This document shows positions 1-13,415 of a stretch of DNA of 64,000 nucleotides, piece by piece; the first letter of the stretch is position 1; every line of letters begins with the position of its first letter. The position numbers and the translations under genes are program-made. A model generated the notes under the pieces. That model saw only the letters and a list, made by a program, of their open reading frames with translations, was not told where the DNA came from and ran no database searches. The stretch is from Macrostomum hystrix (taxonomy: Eukaryota; Animalia; Platyhelminthes), in NCBI GenBank assembly GCA_950097015.1, contig CATNEN010000025.1, forward strand, positions 558,001-622,000, read 5' to 3'.

Positions 1-2747
1 GAAGATCCCAGATTAGAGATGAAGATCCCAGATTAGAGATGAAGATCCCAGATTAGAGATGAAGATCCCAGATTAGAGATGAAGATCCCAGATTAGAGAT
101 GAAGATCCCAGATTAGAGATGAAGATCCCAGATTAGAGATGAAGATCCCAGATTAGAGATGAAGATCCCAAATTAGAGATGTAGATCCCAGATTATGGTT
201 GAAGATCCCATATTAGGGTTGAAGATCCCAGATTAGAGATGAAGATCCCAGATTAGAGATGAAGATCCCAGATTAGAGATGAAGATCCCAGATTAGAGAT
301 GAAGATCCCAGATTAGAGATGAAGATCCCAGATTAGAGATGAAGATCCCAGATTAGAGATGAAGATCCCAGATTAGAGATGAAGATCCCAGATTAGAGAT
401 GAAGATCCCAGATTAGAGATGAAGATCCCAGATTAGAGATGAAGATCCCAGATTAGAGATGAAGATCCCAGATTAGAGATGAAGATCCCAGATTAGAGAT
501 GAAGATCCCAGATTAGAGATGAAGATCCCAGATTAGAGATGAAGATCCCAGATTAGAGATGAAGATCCCAGATTAGAGATGAAGATCCCAGATTAGAGAT
601 GAAGATCCCAGATTAGAGATGAAGATCCCAGATTAGAGATGAAGATCCCAGATTAGGGTTGAAGATCCCAGATTAGAGATGAAGATCACAGATTAGAGAT
701 TAAGATCCCAGATTAGAGATGAAGATCCCAGATTAGAGATGAAGATCCTAGATTAGAGATGAAGATCCCAGATTAGAGATGAAGATCCTAGATTAGAGAT
801 GAAGATCCCAGATTAGAGATGAAGATCCCAAATTAGAGATGTAGATCCCAGATTATGGTTGAAGATCCCATATTAGGGTTGAAGATCCCAGATTAGAGAT
901 GAAGATCCCAGATTAGAGATGTAAATCCCAGATTATGGTTGAAGATCCCAGATTAGAGATGAAGATCCCAGATTAGAGATGAAGATCCCAGATTAGAGAT
1001 GAAGATCCCAGATTAGAGATGAAGATCCTAGATTACAGATGAAGATCCTAGATTAGAGATGAAGATCCCAGATTAGAGATGAAGATCCTAGATTAGAGAT
1101 GAAGATCCCAGATTAGAGATGAAGATCCTAGATTAGAGATGAAGATCCCAGATTAGAGATGAAGATCCCAGATTAGAGATGAAGATCCCAGATTAGAGAT
1201 GAAGATCCCAGATTAGAGATGAAGATCCCAGATTAGAGATGAAGATCCCAGATTAGAGATGAAGATCCCAGATTAGAGATGAAGATCCCAGATTAGAGAT
1301 GAAGATCCCAGATTAGAGATGAAGATCCCAGATTAGAGATGAAGATCCCAGATTAGAGATGAAGATCCCAGATTAGAGATGAAGATCCCAGATTAGAGAT
1401 GAAGATCCCAGATTAGAGATGAAGATCCCAGATTAGAGATGAAGATCCCAGATTAGAGATGAAGATCCCAGATTAGAGATGGAGATCCCAGATTAGAGAT
1501 GAAGATCCCAGATTAGAGATGAAGATCCCAGATTAGAGATGAAGATCCTAGATTAGAGATGAAGATCCCAGATTAGAGATGAAGATCCTAGATTAGAGAT
1601 GAAGATCCTAGATTAGAGATGAAGATCCCAGATTAGAGATGAAGATCCCAGATTAGAGATGAAGATCCTAGATTAGAGATGAAGATCCCAGATTAGAGAT
1701 GAAGATCCCAGATTAGAGATGAAGATCCTAGATTAGAGATGAAGATCCCAGATTAGAGATGAAGATCCCAGATTAGAGATGAAGATCCTAGATTAGAGAT
1801 GAAGATCCCAGATTATGGTTGAAGATCCCAGATTAGAGATGAAGATCCTAGATTAGAGATGAAGATCCCAGATTAGAGATGAAGATCCTAGATTAGAGAT
1901 GAAGATCCTAGATTAGAGATGAAGATCCCAGATTAGAGATGAAGATCCCAGATTAGAGATGAAGATCCCAGATTAGAGATGAAGATCCCAGATTATGGTT
2001 GAAGATCCCATATTAGGGTTGAAGATCCCAGATTCGAGATGAAGATCCCAGATTAGAGATGTAAATCCCAGATTATGGTTGAAGATCCCAGATTAGAGAT
2101 GAAGATCCCAGATTAGAGATGAAGATCCCAGATTAGAGATGAAGATCCCAGATTAGAGATGAAGATCCCAGATTAGAGATGAAGATCCTAGATTACAGAT
2201 GAAGATCCTAGATTAGAGATGAAGATCCCAGATTAGAGATGACGATCACAGATTAGAGATGAAGATCCCAGATTAGAGATGAAGATCCTAGATTAGAGAT
2301 GAAGATCCCAGATTAGAGATGAAGATCCCAGATTAGAGATGAAGATCCTAGATTAGAGATGAAGATCCCAGATTATGGTTGAAGATCCCAGATTAGAGAT
2401 GAAGATCCTAGATTAGAGATGAAGATCCCAGATTAGAGATGAAGATCCCAGATTAGAGATGAAGATCCTAGATTAGAGATGAAGATCCCAGATTAGAGAT
2501 GAAGATCCTAGATTAGAGATGAAGATCCCAGATTAGAGATGAAGATCCTAGATTAGAGATGAAGATCCCAGATTAGAGATGTAAATCCCAGATTATGGTT
2601 GAAGATCCCAGATTAGGGTTGAAGATCCCAGATTAGAGATGAAGATCCCAGATTAGAGATGAAGATCCTAGATTAGAGATGAAGATCCCAGATTAGAGAT
2701 GTAAATCCCAGATTATGGTTGAAGATCCCAGATTAGGGTTGAAGATC
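1..2747. repeat. 20-bp minisatellite (GAAGATCCCAGATTAGAGAT)n, about 137 copies, running off the window start; lies in the last SLC12A8 intron
   Basis: Three units per 60-nt line in constant register; recurring variants such as GTAAATCCCAGATTATGGTT and GAAGATCCTA. Confidence 0.99.
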
Positions 2748-2860
2748 GTGTATGGAGATCCCTAATCTAGGGATTAAATCCCAGATTGGGGATAAAGTAT
2801 CGAAGTCCGGAACTTTTGGTATTTTTTTTAAATATCCCTTTTCCTCCCATCACTCTACAG

Positions 2861-3440
2861 ATCGGACGATGATTTAAGCCGTTTATTTCCCGAGCGAGAG
2901 AATCATTCTGCCAGCGCCAACAGCACCAATGCTACAAACAAGAGTACCGACAGACACCGTCAAGGCGCTCAACTACTCGCCGATGATTCAACAGCATCAG
3001 ACAGAAGCGGCCACCGCACTGAGCTGGAAGTTAGCGACAAATCTTCCGCCTGGCCCGGCCGTCTAGTGAATCGCTGGCTGTCACTGTTCTCCGCCTGTCT
3101 CTGCCTGGCTGCAATGTTGGCTATACAGTGGGCGTACGCCCTGGCCTGCATCGCTCTTGTTGCAGTCATGTACCTGTGCCTCGGCCGCCTGTGCCCCGGC
3201 GCCTATCCGGGCGTGGCCACATTCGCCCTGCTGCCCTGGCTGCGCAATTTGTGCTCTAATCCGTGCCAGCGCCATCCAGCCAATGACAGCACTGTGGCTG
3301 CGACTGTCTATGGCCGCTCGCCGGCCCGCGCCCCAATGACCTTCGCCCCGGCTCCCGTGACTGAGGAAAATCCGGACTACGCTGATAGGGGCAGGTATCA
3401 TCAGAGTGGCAAATTCGACACTGTATCTCTGCTGCACTAG
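2861..3440 (+). CDS. SLC12A8: Terminal coding exon of an SLC12A8-like cation-chloride cotransporter family member
   Basis: Pyrimidine tract plus acceptor (ttttcctcccatcactctacag|2861). Frame open to TAG at 3438-3440: SDDDLSRLF...NRWLSLFSACLCLAAMLAIQWAYALACIALVAVMYLCLGRLCPG...TEENPDYADRGRYHQS. This resembles the SLC12A8 C-terminus as I recall it (NPWVSLLGA...IQWVY...TQENADFATRDRYHHS). Upstream exons lie outside the window. Confidence 0.8.
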
Positions 3441-3478
3441 GCTCAGGGAACTTTCGATGCTAATGAAATAGCGAGTCC

Positions 3479-4634
3479 CTCAGTGTCCCAGACATTACCC
3501 CCAGTATCCCATCCATTACCCTCAGTGTCCCATCCATTACCCCCAGTATCCCAGCCATTACCCCCAGTGTCCCATCCATTACCCTCAGTGTCCCATCCAT
3601 TACCCTCAGTGTCCCATCCATTACCCTCAGTATCCCAGCCTTTACCCTCAGTATCCCAGCCATTACCCCCAGTGTCCCAGCCATTTCCCCAGTATCCCAG
3701 CCATTACCCCCAGTGTCCCAGCCATTTCCCCCAGTATCCCAGCCATTACCCTCAGTTTCCCATCCATTACCCTCAGTATCCCAGCCATTACCCCCAGTGT
3801 CCCAGCCATTACCCTCAGTGTCCCAGCCATCACCCTCAGTGTCCCAGCCATTTCCCTCAGTGTCCTAGCCATTTCCCCCAGTGTCCCAGCCATTACCCCA
3901 GTGTCCCAGCCATTTCCCTCAGTGTCCCAGCCATTACCCTCAGTGTCCCAGCCATCACCCTCAGTGTCCCAGCCATTTCCCTCAGTGTCCTAGCCATTAC
4001 CCCCAGTGTCCCAGCCATTTCCCTCAGTGTCCCAGCCACTTACCTCAGTGTCCCAGCCATTACACCCAGTGTCCCATCTATTACCCTCAGTGTCCCATCC
4101 ATTACCCTCAGTGTCCCATCCATTACCCTCAGTATCCCAGCCTTTACCCTCAGTATCACAGCCATTACCCCCAGTGTCCCAGCCATTTCCCCCAGTATCC
4201 CAGCCATTACCCCCAGTGTCCCAGCCATTTCCCCCAGTATCCCAGCCATTACCCCCAGTGTCCCAGCCATTACCCCCAGTGTCCCAGCCATTTCCCCCAG
4301 TATCCCAGCCATTACCCCCAGTGTCCCAGCCATTTCCCTCAGTGTCCCAGTCATTTCCCTCAGTGTCCCAGCCATTACCCCCAGTGTCCCAGCCATTACC
4401 CTCAGTGTCCCAGCCATCACCCTCAGTGTCCCAGCCATTTCCCTCAGTGTCCTAGCCATTTCCCCCAGTGTCCCAGCCATTACCCCAGTGTCCCAGCCAT
4501 TTCCCTCAGTGTCCCAGCCATCACCCTCAGTGTCCCAGCCATCACCCTCAGTGTCCTAGCCATTACCCCAGTGTCCCAGCCATTTCCCTCAGTGTCCCAG
4601 CCACTTACCTCAGTGTCCCAGCCATTACCCTCAG
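3479..4634. repeat. About 21-bp minisatellite (CCCAGCCATTACCCTCAGTGT)n just 3' of the SLC12A8 stop
   Basis: Tandem 20-21 bp units; produces the overlapping PSVSQPL/CPSHYPQ/MAGTLGV pseudo-ORFs. Confidence 0.97.
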
Positions 4635-5394
4635 TCCTTCAGGGCTCCACAGTTTTCAGTGACCAAAGCAAATACGTCTGTCTTGCCTGGGTTAGGACAG
4701 TGATAATTAGTGACTAGTCTAATAATGGCCTAGCCAGGCCATCTTATATATTAAATACTTTATTGCGTAATAATAGTCTTCCACCTGTTCTAGTCAAAGC
4801 ACTGCGATTATCCTTCTCTATTATACTTTTGCTGCTATAGTGTTGCTATATATTTTAATATGTTCACTCAGCTTCCAATTATTGGACTACTGTTGATCAG
4901 CTTTTTGTCACAGAGTCCCATTTATAGAGTCTATACTCAAATGGGCCGGTTTCGGGCATATAAATGTATATATATATTTATACTCCTAGATAAATAACTG
5001 TTTATTTCATTCAATACGGTCATTCCATTTATGTCAAATCTGACATTCTGTATACCTGCACTTTTGTCATTTTTTTCTAGATTCCTTATTAGTCGGCATA
5101 TCATTGCCTACATGACTACTGTTTACTGTAGTGTATAAGTAGTATAGAATGCTATTAACTATATCTCAGTCTTCCCGGATACGTGTTACGTTTTAATTGC
5201 CGTGAATACTTTTTATTGTTTTTGTAAGCCTTTTTGCTTCTACCGTATATACTCCGGTTTGGTTTTTGTTTTAATTAGAATTTTACAAAAATAGTCAAAT
5301 TTTAGATGATATTTGGCTGTGCTTATCTTAACCTCCTTTTTATTAAACTGTTTAGTCATGAAATCACGGCGGGCTAATATATTTGTGTAGCCTG

Positions 5395-6840
5395 ACCCAC
5401 CCTAACCTACATATCATTAGCCTAATGCACACCCTACCCTATATATCATGGTAGGCTATTGCCCACCCTACCCTATGTATCATGGTAGGCTATTGCCCAC
5501 CCTACCCTATATATCATGGTAGGCTATTGCCCACCCTACCCTATATATCATGGTAGGCTATTGCCCACCCTACCCTATATATCATGGTAGGCTATTGCCC
5601 ACCCTACCCTATATATCATGGTAGGCTATTGCCCACCCTACCCTATATATCATGGTAGGCTATTGCCCACCCTACCCTATATATCATGGTAGGCTATTGC
5701 CCACCCTACCCTATATATCATGGTAGGCTATTGCCCACCCTACCCTATATATCATGGTAGGCTATTGCCCACCCTACCCTATATATCATGGTAGGCTATT
5801 GCCCACCCTACCCTATATATCATGGTAGGCTATTGCCCACCCTACCCTATATATCATGGTAGGCTATTGCCCACCCTACCCTATATATCATGGTAGGCTA
5901 TTGCCCACCCTACCCTATATATCATGGTAGGCTATTGCCCACCCTACCCTATATATCATGGTAGGCTATTGCCCACCCTACCCTATATATCATGGTAGGC
6001 TATTGCCCACCCTACCCTATATATCATGGTAGGCTATTGCCCACCCTACCCTATATATCATGGTAGGCTATTGCCCACCCTACCCTATATATCATGGTAG
6101 GCTATTGCCCACCCTACCCTATATATCATGGTAGGCTATTGCCCACCCTACCCTATATATCATGGTAGGCTATTGCCCACCCTACCCTATATATCATGGT
6201 AGGCTATTGCCCACCCTACCCTATATATCATGGTAGGCTATTGCCCACCCTACCCTATATATCATGGTAGGCTATTGCCCACCCTACCCTATATATCATG
6301 GTAGGCTATTGCCCACCCTACCCTATATATCATGGTAGGCTATTGCCCACCCTACCCTATATATCATGGTAGGCTATTGTCCACCCTACCCTATATATCA
6401 TGGTAGGCTATTGTCCACCCTACCCTATATATCATGGTAGGCTATTGCCCACCCTACCCTATATATCATGGTAGGCTATTGCCCACCCTAACCTATATAT
6501 CATGGTAGGCTATTGCCCACCCTAACCTATATATCATGGTAGGCTATTGCCCACCCTAACCTATATATCATGGTAGGCTATTGTCCACCCTACCCTATAT
6601 ATCATGGTAGGCTATTGCCCACCCTACCCTATATATCATGGTAGGCTATTGCCCACCCTAACCTATATATCATGGTAGGCTATTGCCCACCCTAACCTAT
6701 ATATCATGGTAGGCTATTGCCCACCCTACCCTATATATCATGGTAGGCTATTGCCCACCCTACCCTATATATCATGGTAGGCTATTGCCCACCCTACCCT
6801 ATATATCATTGTAGGCTATTGCCCACCCTACCCTATATAG
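5395..6840. repeat. 34-bp minisatellite (GCCCACCCTACCCTATATATCATGGTAGGCTATT)n, about 41 copies
   Basis: Highly homogeneous array; each unit holds the inverted pair CCTACC...GGTAGG; degenerate units at both edges. Confidence 0.98.
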
Positions 6841-7267
6841 GCTTATTGGCTATTGATTTTTTGAATCGCAGTTTTTTTGCTGCAAAAAAAATAATTTTTC
6901 AGAATAAAATGAGTGGCTAATTGCTTTAATAAAAAGATTTGTTCCCTGAGGTTTTGATTTTCTCGACCCTTTCAATTTAAGTGAAATAACTACCATATTT
7001 AGTAACCTTTTCTGTCAGACAATTTTTTATAAATCAATTGTTTTAGACATGCGAATCGGATGTGGAATATTGTCTGTACTAGTAATTTGAATTCTATTTA
7101 TAACATACTCGTATGTCTGCAAAGAAATACAACTCAACTCGGATACTAGTGCTCATTTTTTTTCTCTATGGCTTTAGTCAACCGCTCATAATTTACTGGT
7201 TTCTTGAAGCTGAAGATATTAATTCTTGATTTGCTCTGCGTTCGATTTCGATTTTACCTGCTTGAAG

Positions 7268-8645
7268 TATAGAGTGGGCAGATCATAGACAGGTGGGAAG
7301 GATAGAGTGGGCAGATCATGGACAGGTGGGAAGGATAGAGTGGGCAGATCATGGACAGGTCGGAAGATAGAGTGGGCCGATCATGGACAGGTGGGAAGGA
7401 TAGAGTGGGCCGATCATAGACAGGTGGGAAGGATAGAGTGGGCAGATCATAGATTGGTGGGAAGGATAGAGTGGGCAGATCATAGACAGGTGGGAAGGAT
7501 AGAGTGGGCAGATCATGGACAGGTCAGAAAGATAGAGTGGGCAGATCATAGACAGGTGGGAAGGATAGAGTGGGCAGATCATAGACAGGTGGGAAGGATA
7601 GAGTGGGCAGATCATATATTGGTGGGAAGGATAGAGTGGGCAGATCATAGACAGGTGGGAAGGATAGAGTGGGCAGATCATGGACAGGTGGGAAGGATAG
7701 AGTGGGCAGATCATGGACAGGTCGGAAAGATAGAGTGGGCCGATCATGGACAGGTGGGAAGGATAGAGTGGGCCGATCATAGACAGGTGGGAAGGATAGA
7801 GTGGGCAGATCATAGATTGGTGGGAAGGATAGAGTGGGCAGATCATAGACAGGTGGGAAGGATAGAGTGGGCAGATCATGGACAGGTCAGAAAGATAGAG
7901 TGGGCAGATCATAGACAGGTGGGAAGGATAGAGTGGGCAGATCATAGACAGGTGGGAAGGATAGAGTGGGCAGATCATATATTGGTGGGAAGGATAGAGT
8001 GGGCAGATCATAGACAGGTGGGAAGGATAGAGTGGGCAGATCATGGACAGGTGGGAAGGATAGAGTGGGCAGATCATAGACAGGTGGGAAGGATAGAGTG
8101 GGCAGATCATAGACAGGTGTGAAGGATAGAGTGGGCAGATCATGGACAGGTAGGAAAGATAGAGTGGGCAGATCATAGACAGGTGGGAAGGATAGAGTGG
8201 GCCGATCATGGACAGGTGGGAAGGATAGAGTGGGCAGATCATGGACAGGTGGGAAGGATAGAGTGGGCCGATCATGGACAGGTGGGAAGGATAGAGTGGG
8301 CAGATCATAGACAGGTAGGAAGGATAGAGTGGGCCGATCATAGACAGGTGGGAAGGATAGAGTGGGCCGATCATGGACAGGTGGGAAGGATAGAGTGGGC
8401 AGATCATGGACAGGTGGGAAGGATAGAGTGGGCAGATCATAGACAGGTGGAAAGTATTGAGTGTGGATCATAGACAGGTGGGAAGTATTGAGTGGGGATC
8501 ATAGACAGGTGGGAAGTATTGAGTGTGGATCATAGACAGGTGGAAAGTATTGAGTGTGGATCATAGACAGGTGGGAAGTATTGAGTGGGGATCATAGACA
8601 GGTGGAAAGTATTGAGTGGGGATCATAGACAGGTGGGAAGTATTG
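7268..8645. repeat. 33-bp purine-rich minisatellite (GATAGAGTGGGCAGATCATAGACAGGTGGGAAG)n with a shorter variant unit at the 3' end
   Basis: Tandem units; an 11-unit (363 bp) block is duplicated (AGATTGGT variant at about 7451 and 7814); units change to TATTGAGTGTGGATC from about 8455. Confidence 0.98.
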
Positions 8646-9444
8646 AGTGGTGGTCATTGATGGCAGTGCAGTAGTGAATATGTATTTTTTGAAAATACAT
8701 ACTTTTGAATCACGAAGCAATGCCAGGAGAGACAGACCAGTTTGGCTGTGTTGGTATGCTGTATTCTATTCGATTATTATAAGCCAGATAAATGCAGCAT
8801 CACTCTGCTATAAATAGGCCTCTAATTAAATTTCGGGCATTCACCGCCAGTCAGCCATTTGGCTGATTGACTCTGGCTTAGGCTTAGGCTGACTAGCAGA
8901 AGCTCATTCGCTTTTAATAGCTAGCTGTCAATTTCAATTTGTCGAAGTGTTCTCCTACCGGGTCCTGCGAGATTAATTCTGAGCTTACGAAATGCATCAC
9001 TATTTTATAAATAGTTGGTTTTCTACTATGAGCGGCAATTGTTTGTCAAACTTTGACAGCATGGGTGCGATCTCCGGATTATTTTAATTCAGATTACTAC
9101 ATTGATCTCATCATCTCAATAGTATTTGAACTCAGATTTCTTTTGCCAATCTATTTTTATTCGGGTTCGACATTCCTAAGCTTGCGCAGAACATTATTGA
9201 TTGCTGTCTCATGCCAGTTGCGAGGCGAAAATGCTTTCCTTTGAATCATGAGACTTTCCTGAATGTACAGGATTGGTGAGTGCAGTAAACCCAGCAGTTA
9301 TTGGAGATCCAACAGGAAATTAAGCGGTGAGGCATTGGCGAGCAAACAGGAAGTTGAAGCAATGGTTGCATCACATGATTCACATAAAAAAGCGGGAAAT
9401 ATCGCATGAATTCATCCCAATCAAAACAGCGAAAAGCGAGAATA

Positions 9445-10341
9445 AAATGGAACTGGTTGTAGGAAAGAAAAACTGATTGAAGGAAATGGAAACTGGTTGT
9501 AGGAAATGGAAACTGGTTGAAGGAAATGGAAACTGGTTGAAGGAAATGGAAACTGGTTGTAGGAAATGGAAACTGGTTGAAGGAAATGGAAACTGGTTGA
9601 AGGAAATGGAAACTGGTTGAAGGAAATGGAAACTGGTTGTAGGAAATGGAACTGGTTGAAGGAAATGGAAACTGGTTGAAGGAAATGGGAACTGGTTGGA
9701 GGAAATGGGAACTGGTTGAAGGAAATGGGAACTGGTTGGAGGAAATGGAAACTGGTTGAAGGAAATGGGAACTGGTTGAAGGAAATGGAAACTGGTTGTA
9801 GGAAAGAAAAACTGATTGAAGGAAATGGAAACTGGTTGTAGGAAATGGGAACTGGTTGAAGGAAATGGGAACTGGTTGGAGGAAATGGAAACTGGTTGAA
9901 GGAAATGGGAACTGGTTGGAGGAAATGGAAACTGGTTGAAGGAAATGGGAACTGGTTGTAGGAAATGGAAACTGGTTGAAGGAAATAGGAACTGGTTGAA
10001 GGAAATGGAAACTGGTTGTAGGAAATGGAAACTGGTTGAAGGAAATGGAAACTGGTTGAAGGAAATGGGAACTGGTTGAAGGAAATGGAAACTGGTTGTA
10101 GGAAATGGAAACTGGTTGAAGGAAATGGGAACTGGTTGGAGGAAATGGAAACTGGTTGAAGGAAATGGGAACTGGTTGTAGGAAATGGAAACTGGTTGAA
10201 GGAAATGGGAACTGGTTGAAGGAAATGGAAACTGGTTGTAGGAAATGGAAACTGGTTGAAGGAAATGGAAACTGGTTGAAGGAAATGGGAACTGGTTGAA
10301 GGAAATGGGAACTGGCTGAAGGAAATGGAAACTGGTTGTAG
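9445..10341. repeat. 19-20 bp purine-rich minisatellite (GGAAATGGAAACTGGTTGAA)n
   Basis: Direct reading; explains the 387-aa F/P/S/Q pseudo-ORF 9246..10409. Confidence 0.97.
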
Positions 10342-11098
10342 AAAAGGGAAAATTGGAAAATTAAACTAAAATTATATATTTTCGAAAAGGAAACCTTTTT
10401 GTCGTACAAAATGGTGAAAATATAAACAAGTTTTGGAAAAAAGGATCTGCTTTTTTAAAACAACTTTTATATGAAGGTTTAGGAACAGTGATTTGAATCC
10501 ATAGCCCCGGAAAGCAGACTAGGAGTAGGTCAGCCATTGTGTTTAATTTTTTCAGAAGAAAAAAAATTATAAATATAAATTCTGCTTCCAGAGGAAACAG
10601 ATTCACTAGAATAGGTGAATTCTGTACACCGCAAGGCGGGAAACACAATTGAATTAATCAATTAGAGAGTCATTTGCTGAGATCCCAGCAGGTCGTGTCA
10701 ATCGTTGCATTTTGTGGCAGCGACAGCTTGTGCGTAGTGAAATTAGTTCGCGCGTCAATATTGTTCGAGTTTTTGCCTACATTTTTCATTATACACGTCG
10801 TCGTCCCCGGAATTATCAGCATGATTGACAGACTTAGAGAGGCCCAGAGGCGATGGGCGGGGTCTGTTTCTGCAGCCTGCAATCTGGGGGGGGGTTGGGT
10901 CCACCGAACTCGCAGACGAAATGAATCAATTTCCGCTCTGCCTCAAAGAGGAAGACTGCCAAAGATTCCGCGGCCATGAAAAGTTTGTTTTCTATTTTCT
11001 TTCCTTTTCCTCCGTCTGATCGGAGGTATATCATTTTCGACGAATAAATTCGACCTCAAAACGCTGTGATCTCCGAGTTCGCGATGTCCGCAATACCT

Positions 11099-11505
11099 CT
11101 AATGTCCCAATGTCCAAAAAGTCCCCATGTCTAAAATTTCCCAATGTCCGAAATGTCCCGATGTTTAAAATGTCCCAATGTCTAAAATTTCCCAATGTCA
11201 TAAATGTCCCAATTTCATAAATGTCCCAATGTCTATAATGTATGTCTAAAATTCCCAATGTCCAAATTGTCCCAATGTCCAAAATGTCCCAATGTCCAAA
11301 ATGTCTCAATGTCCAAAATGTTCCAATGTCCAAAATGTCCCAATGTCCAAAATGTCCCAATGTCCAAAATGTCCCAATGTCCAAAATGTCCCAATGTCCA
11401 AAATGTCAAAATTTCCGAAATGTCCCTATGTCTATAATGTCTCAATGTTTAAAATGTCCTAATGTCCAAAATGTCCTAATTTCCACTGTGTCCGAATGTC
11501 CCAAT
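11099..11505. repeat. Degenerate 17-bp repeat (AATGTCCCAATGTCCAA)n
   Basis: Core near-perfect at about 11260-11405 with decayed flanks. Confidence 0.9.
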
Positions 11506-13074
11506 ACGAAAAAATTTCCGATGTGCCGATATCCGAATCCTCCTGGGTTCCCCGTATCCCCGTTCCCGTGTCGAAGGGATTTAATTAAAGAATATGCATC
11601 AATCATTCTGACCAGACACGATGAGGTCGAATGCTTAGAAGGTGATGCTTAGACTTTGAGCTTGAATTTCAAGGATCAGCGGATTAGAGCACATCTCACT
11701 AGGCTTACTCTGCTATTCGACAGTGTAATTAACTCAGAACCGTTTCTAGAGTATCGACTCAATGAACTTTACCGTGTCCCAGAAGCTTGTGAATACGGAT
11801 AGGATAATTGGACTCAAACTGTATCTTTTGTTTCACTTTGAGCGTACTTTCAATTATGACTAAATGGCTTTTAGGATATTCCCTTCAATCTGCTTAATAA
11901 AATTGACTATCTCAGATCGATAAAAGATAGTAAAATAAACTTCACTTCCTTTAACTTGGTTGGGTCTCTACCGTATTCGGCAGTTTTTATGATTTACTGT
12001 GCTCATGAAACTCGACTCTAAGCTCAGCGGAGAGCCAACTTTCTGCAATGGATTTTTTATCAACCCACTATCCTTGGCCTACTCCCTGATTGGTTAGTTA
12101 TCGATTCCCTGAACCTCGGCTCCCATGGCCGAGTCCTTCCGGTTGGGCATCGATAGGGCATCTGCTGGAACTGAAATCATCAGGTCTGACGCCTGGGCCT
12201 AGATGTACTTTCCGCCGCATCGATCTAACAATATCGCTTGATTGGCTATAGAGTGTTCGAAAATGTTTGAATTCGTGCTCACTAATCTGAGAATTTATTG
12301 TGTTTTATTCATGAAAATTAAACATTTGTTGAATGTTAGTTCATTTGCTCTAATCTGGTTAATCTCTATCCAGTTGTCCTAGGTTAATCAGATAGTTAAC
12401 TCGAGTCTCGGGCGGTGAGTCGATCGGCTGATTAAGCCAGAAGGCAGAGCTTATAGTAGTTGAGCAATTGGATGTCTGGCTAATGCATATTTCATAAAGC
12501 CGTATATAGTCAGTGAGTCTGGCTGGCATGGAGGTGGCTGACAAATTTCTGTTTCGCGTGTCGCTCAGTCGAGGGGATTCTCCGCCACCTCGGCTCTCGG
12601 CATTTATCCCCGGCGACCTCCGCACAGCGACAGTCTCGAGCACATGGGATCTGCGAATGCTTTTCCTATAGTTATAAATATTCAATTCGCCGCAGCAGCA
12701 GCTACGCCTGGCTAAGAGTGCAGAGCAGGGAGAAGCCACTTAAGGCGCCCATGCACTGGCTACTTGGCATTATTGCCGTGACTCTTGCCCCAAAGCCACG
12801 CACCGTGGCACACTTTCATCAGATTCTCGAAGGATGTTGAATATTTATCCTGCATTGTGTGACCTGCAAACTGGAGGGGGTCCTCTTGCTCCAGCTGTTA
12901 GCTTCATTACTCATACCAGACTCGTAACCAATCTGTTATTGAGAACGCTTGCTAGACTTGCAAAGCATTATCATGCGTAACATTTATTGACAATTATGCG
13001 ACCATATTATAAACTCAATCACAATTACTTTTAACTGTGCTTGTTGGATAAAGAGTGCTCGCTACGAGTGATGT

Positions 13075-13415
13075 CTCAGCCAATCATCGATTCGTAGTTT
13101 AAAAAAGCAGCGTCTCACTTGGCTCAGCCAATCATCGATTCGTGGATTAAAAAACAGTACCTTACTGCTCAGCCAATCATCGATTCGTGGATTAAAAAAC
13201 AGTACCTTACTGGCACAGCCAATCATCGATTCGTAGTTTAAAAAAGCAGTGTCTCACTGGCTCAGCCAATCATCGATTCGTTTATTAAAAAACGGTGCCC
13301 TTACTGGCTCAGCCAATCATCGATTCGTATGTTTTAAAAACAGTCCCTCAATCGCTCAGCCAATCATCGATTCGTAAAAAGCAGTGCCTCACCTTGCTCA
13401 CTGGCCAATCAGCGG
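13075..13415 (+). promoter_or_regulatory. Array of seven 46-47 bp units, each with C(T/A)CAGCCAATCATCGATTCG (CCAAT box) and an A-tract spacer, followed by two more CCAAT boxes
   Basis: Conserved 20-mer at about 13075, 13123, 13168, 13214, 13261, 13308 and 13355, then CTGGCCAATCAGCGGGCCAAT at about 13400. AGCCAATCA matches the NF-Y consensus. Regulatory function is inferred. Confidence 0.55.

Noticed and set aside
3460-4717. Long ORFs (up to 358 aa) of PSVSQP/CPSHYP/MAGTLG repeats
   Set aside because: They are translations of a 21-bp minisatellite, open in several frames on both strands.
7307-10409. ORFs of 271-387 aa (VGRIEWADHRQ, MICPLYPSHLS, FLQPVSISFNQ)
   Set aside because: Minisatellite read-through with no splice or codon context suggesting a gene.
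10660-11034. GC-richer island with several 64-101 aa ORFs
   Set aside because: No consistent frame, start or splice pattern and no recognisable motif; it could be a fragment, but I cannot support a call.
12359-12739. 126-aa minus-strand ORF next to the CCAAT array
   Set aside because: Non-ATG start and no domain recognised; left uncalled without expression data.
13075-13415. CRISPR-like appearance (conserved 20-bp repeat plus variable spacers)
   Set aside because: Spacers are clearly homologous to each other (A-tract, CAGT...CACTGG), there are no cas genes and the context is eukaryotic. Kept only as a CCAAT array.
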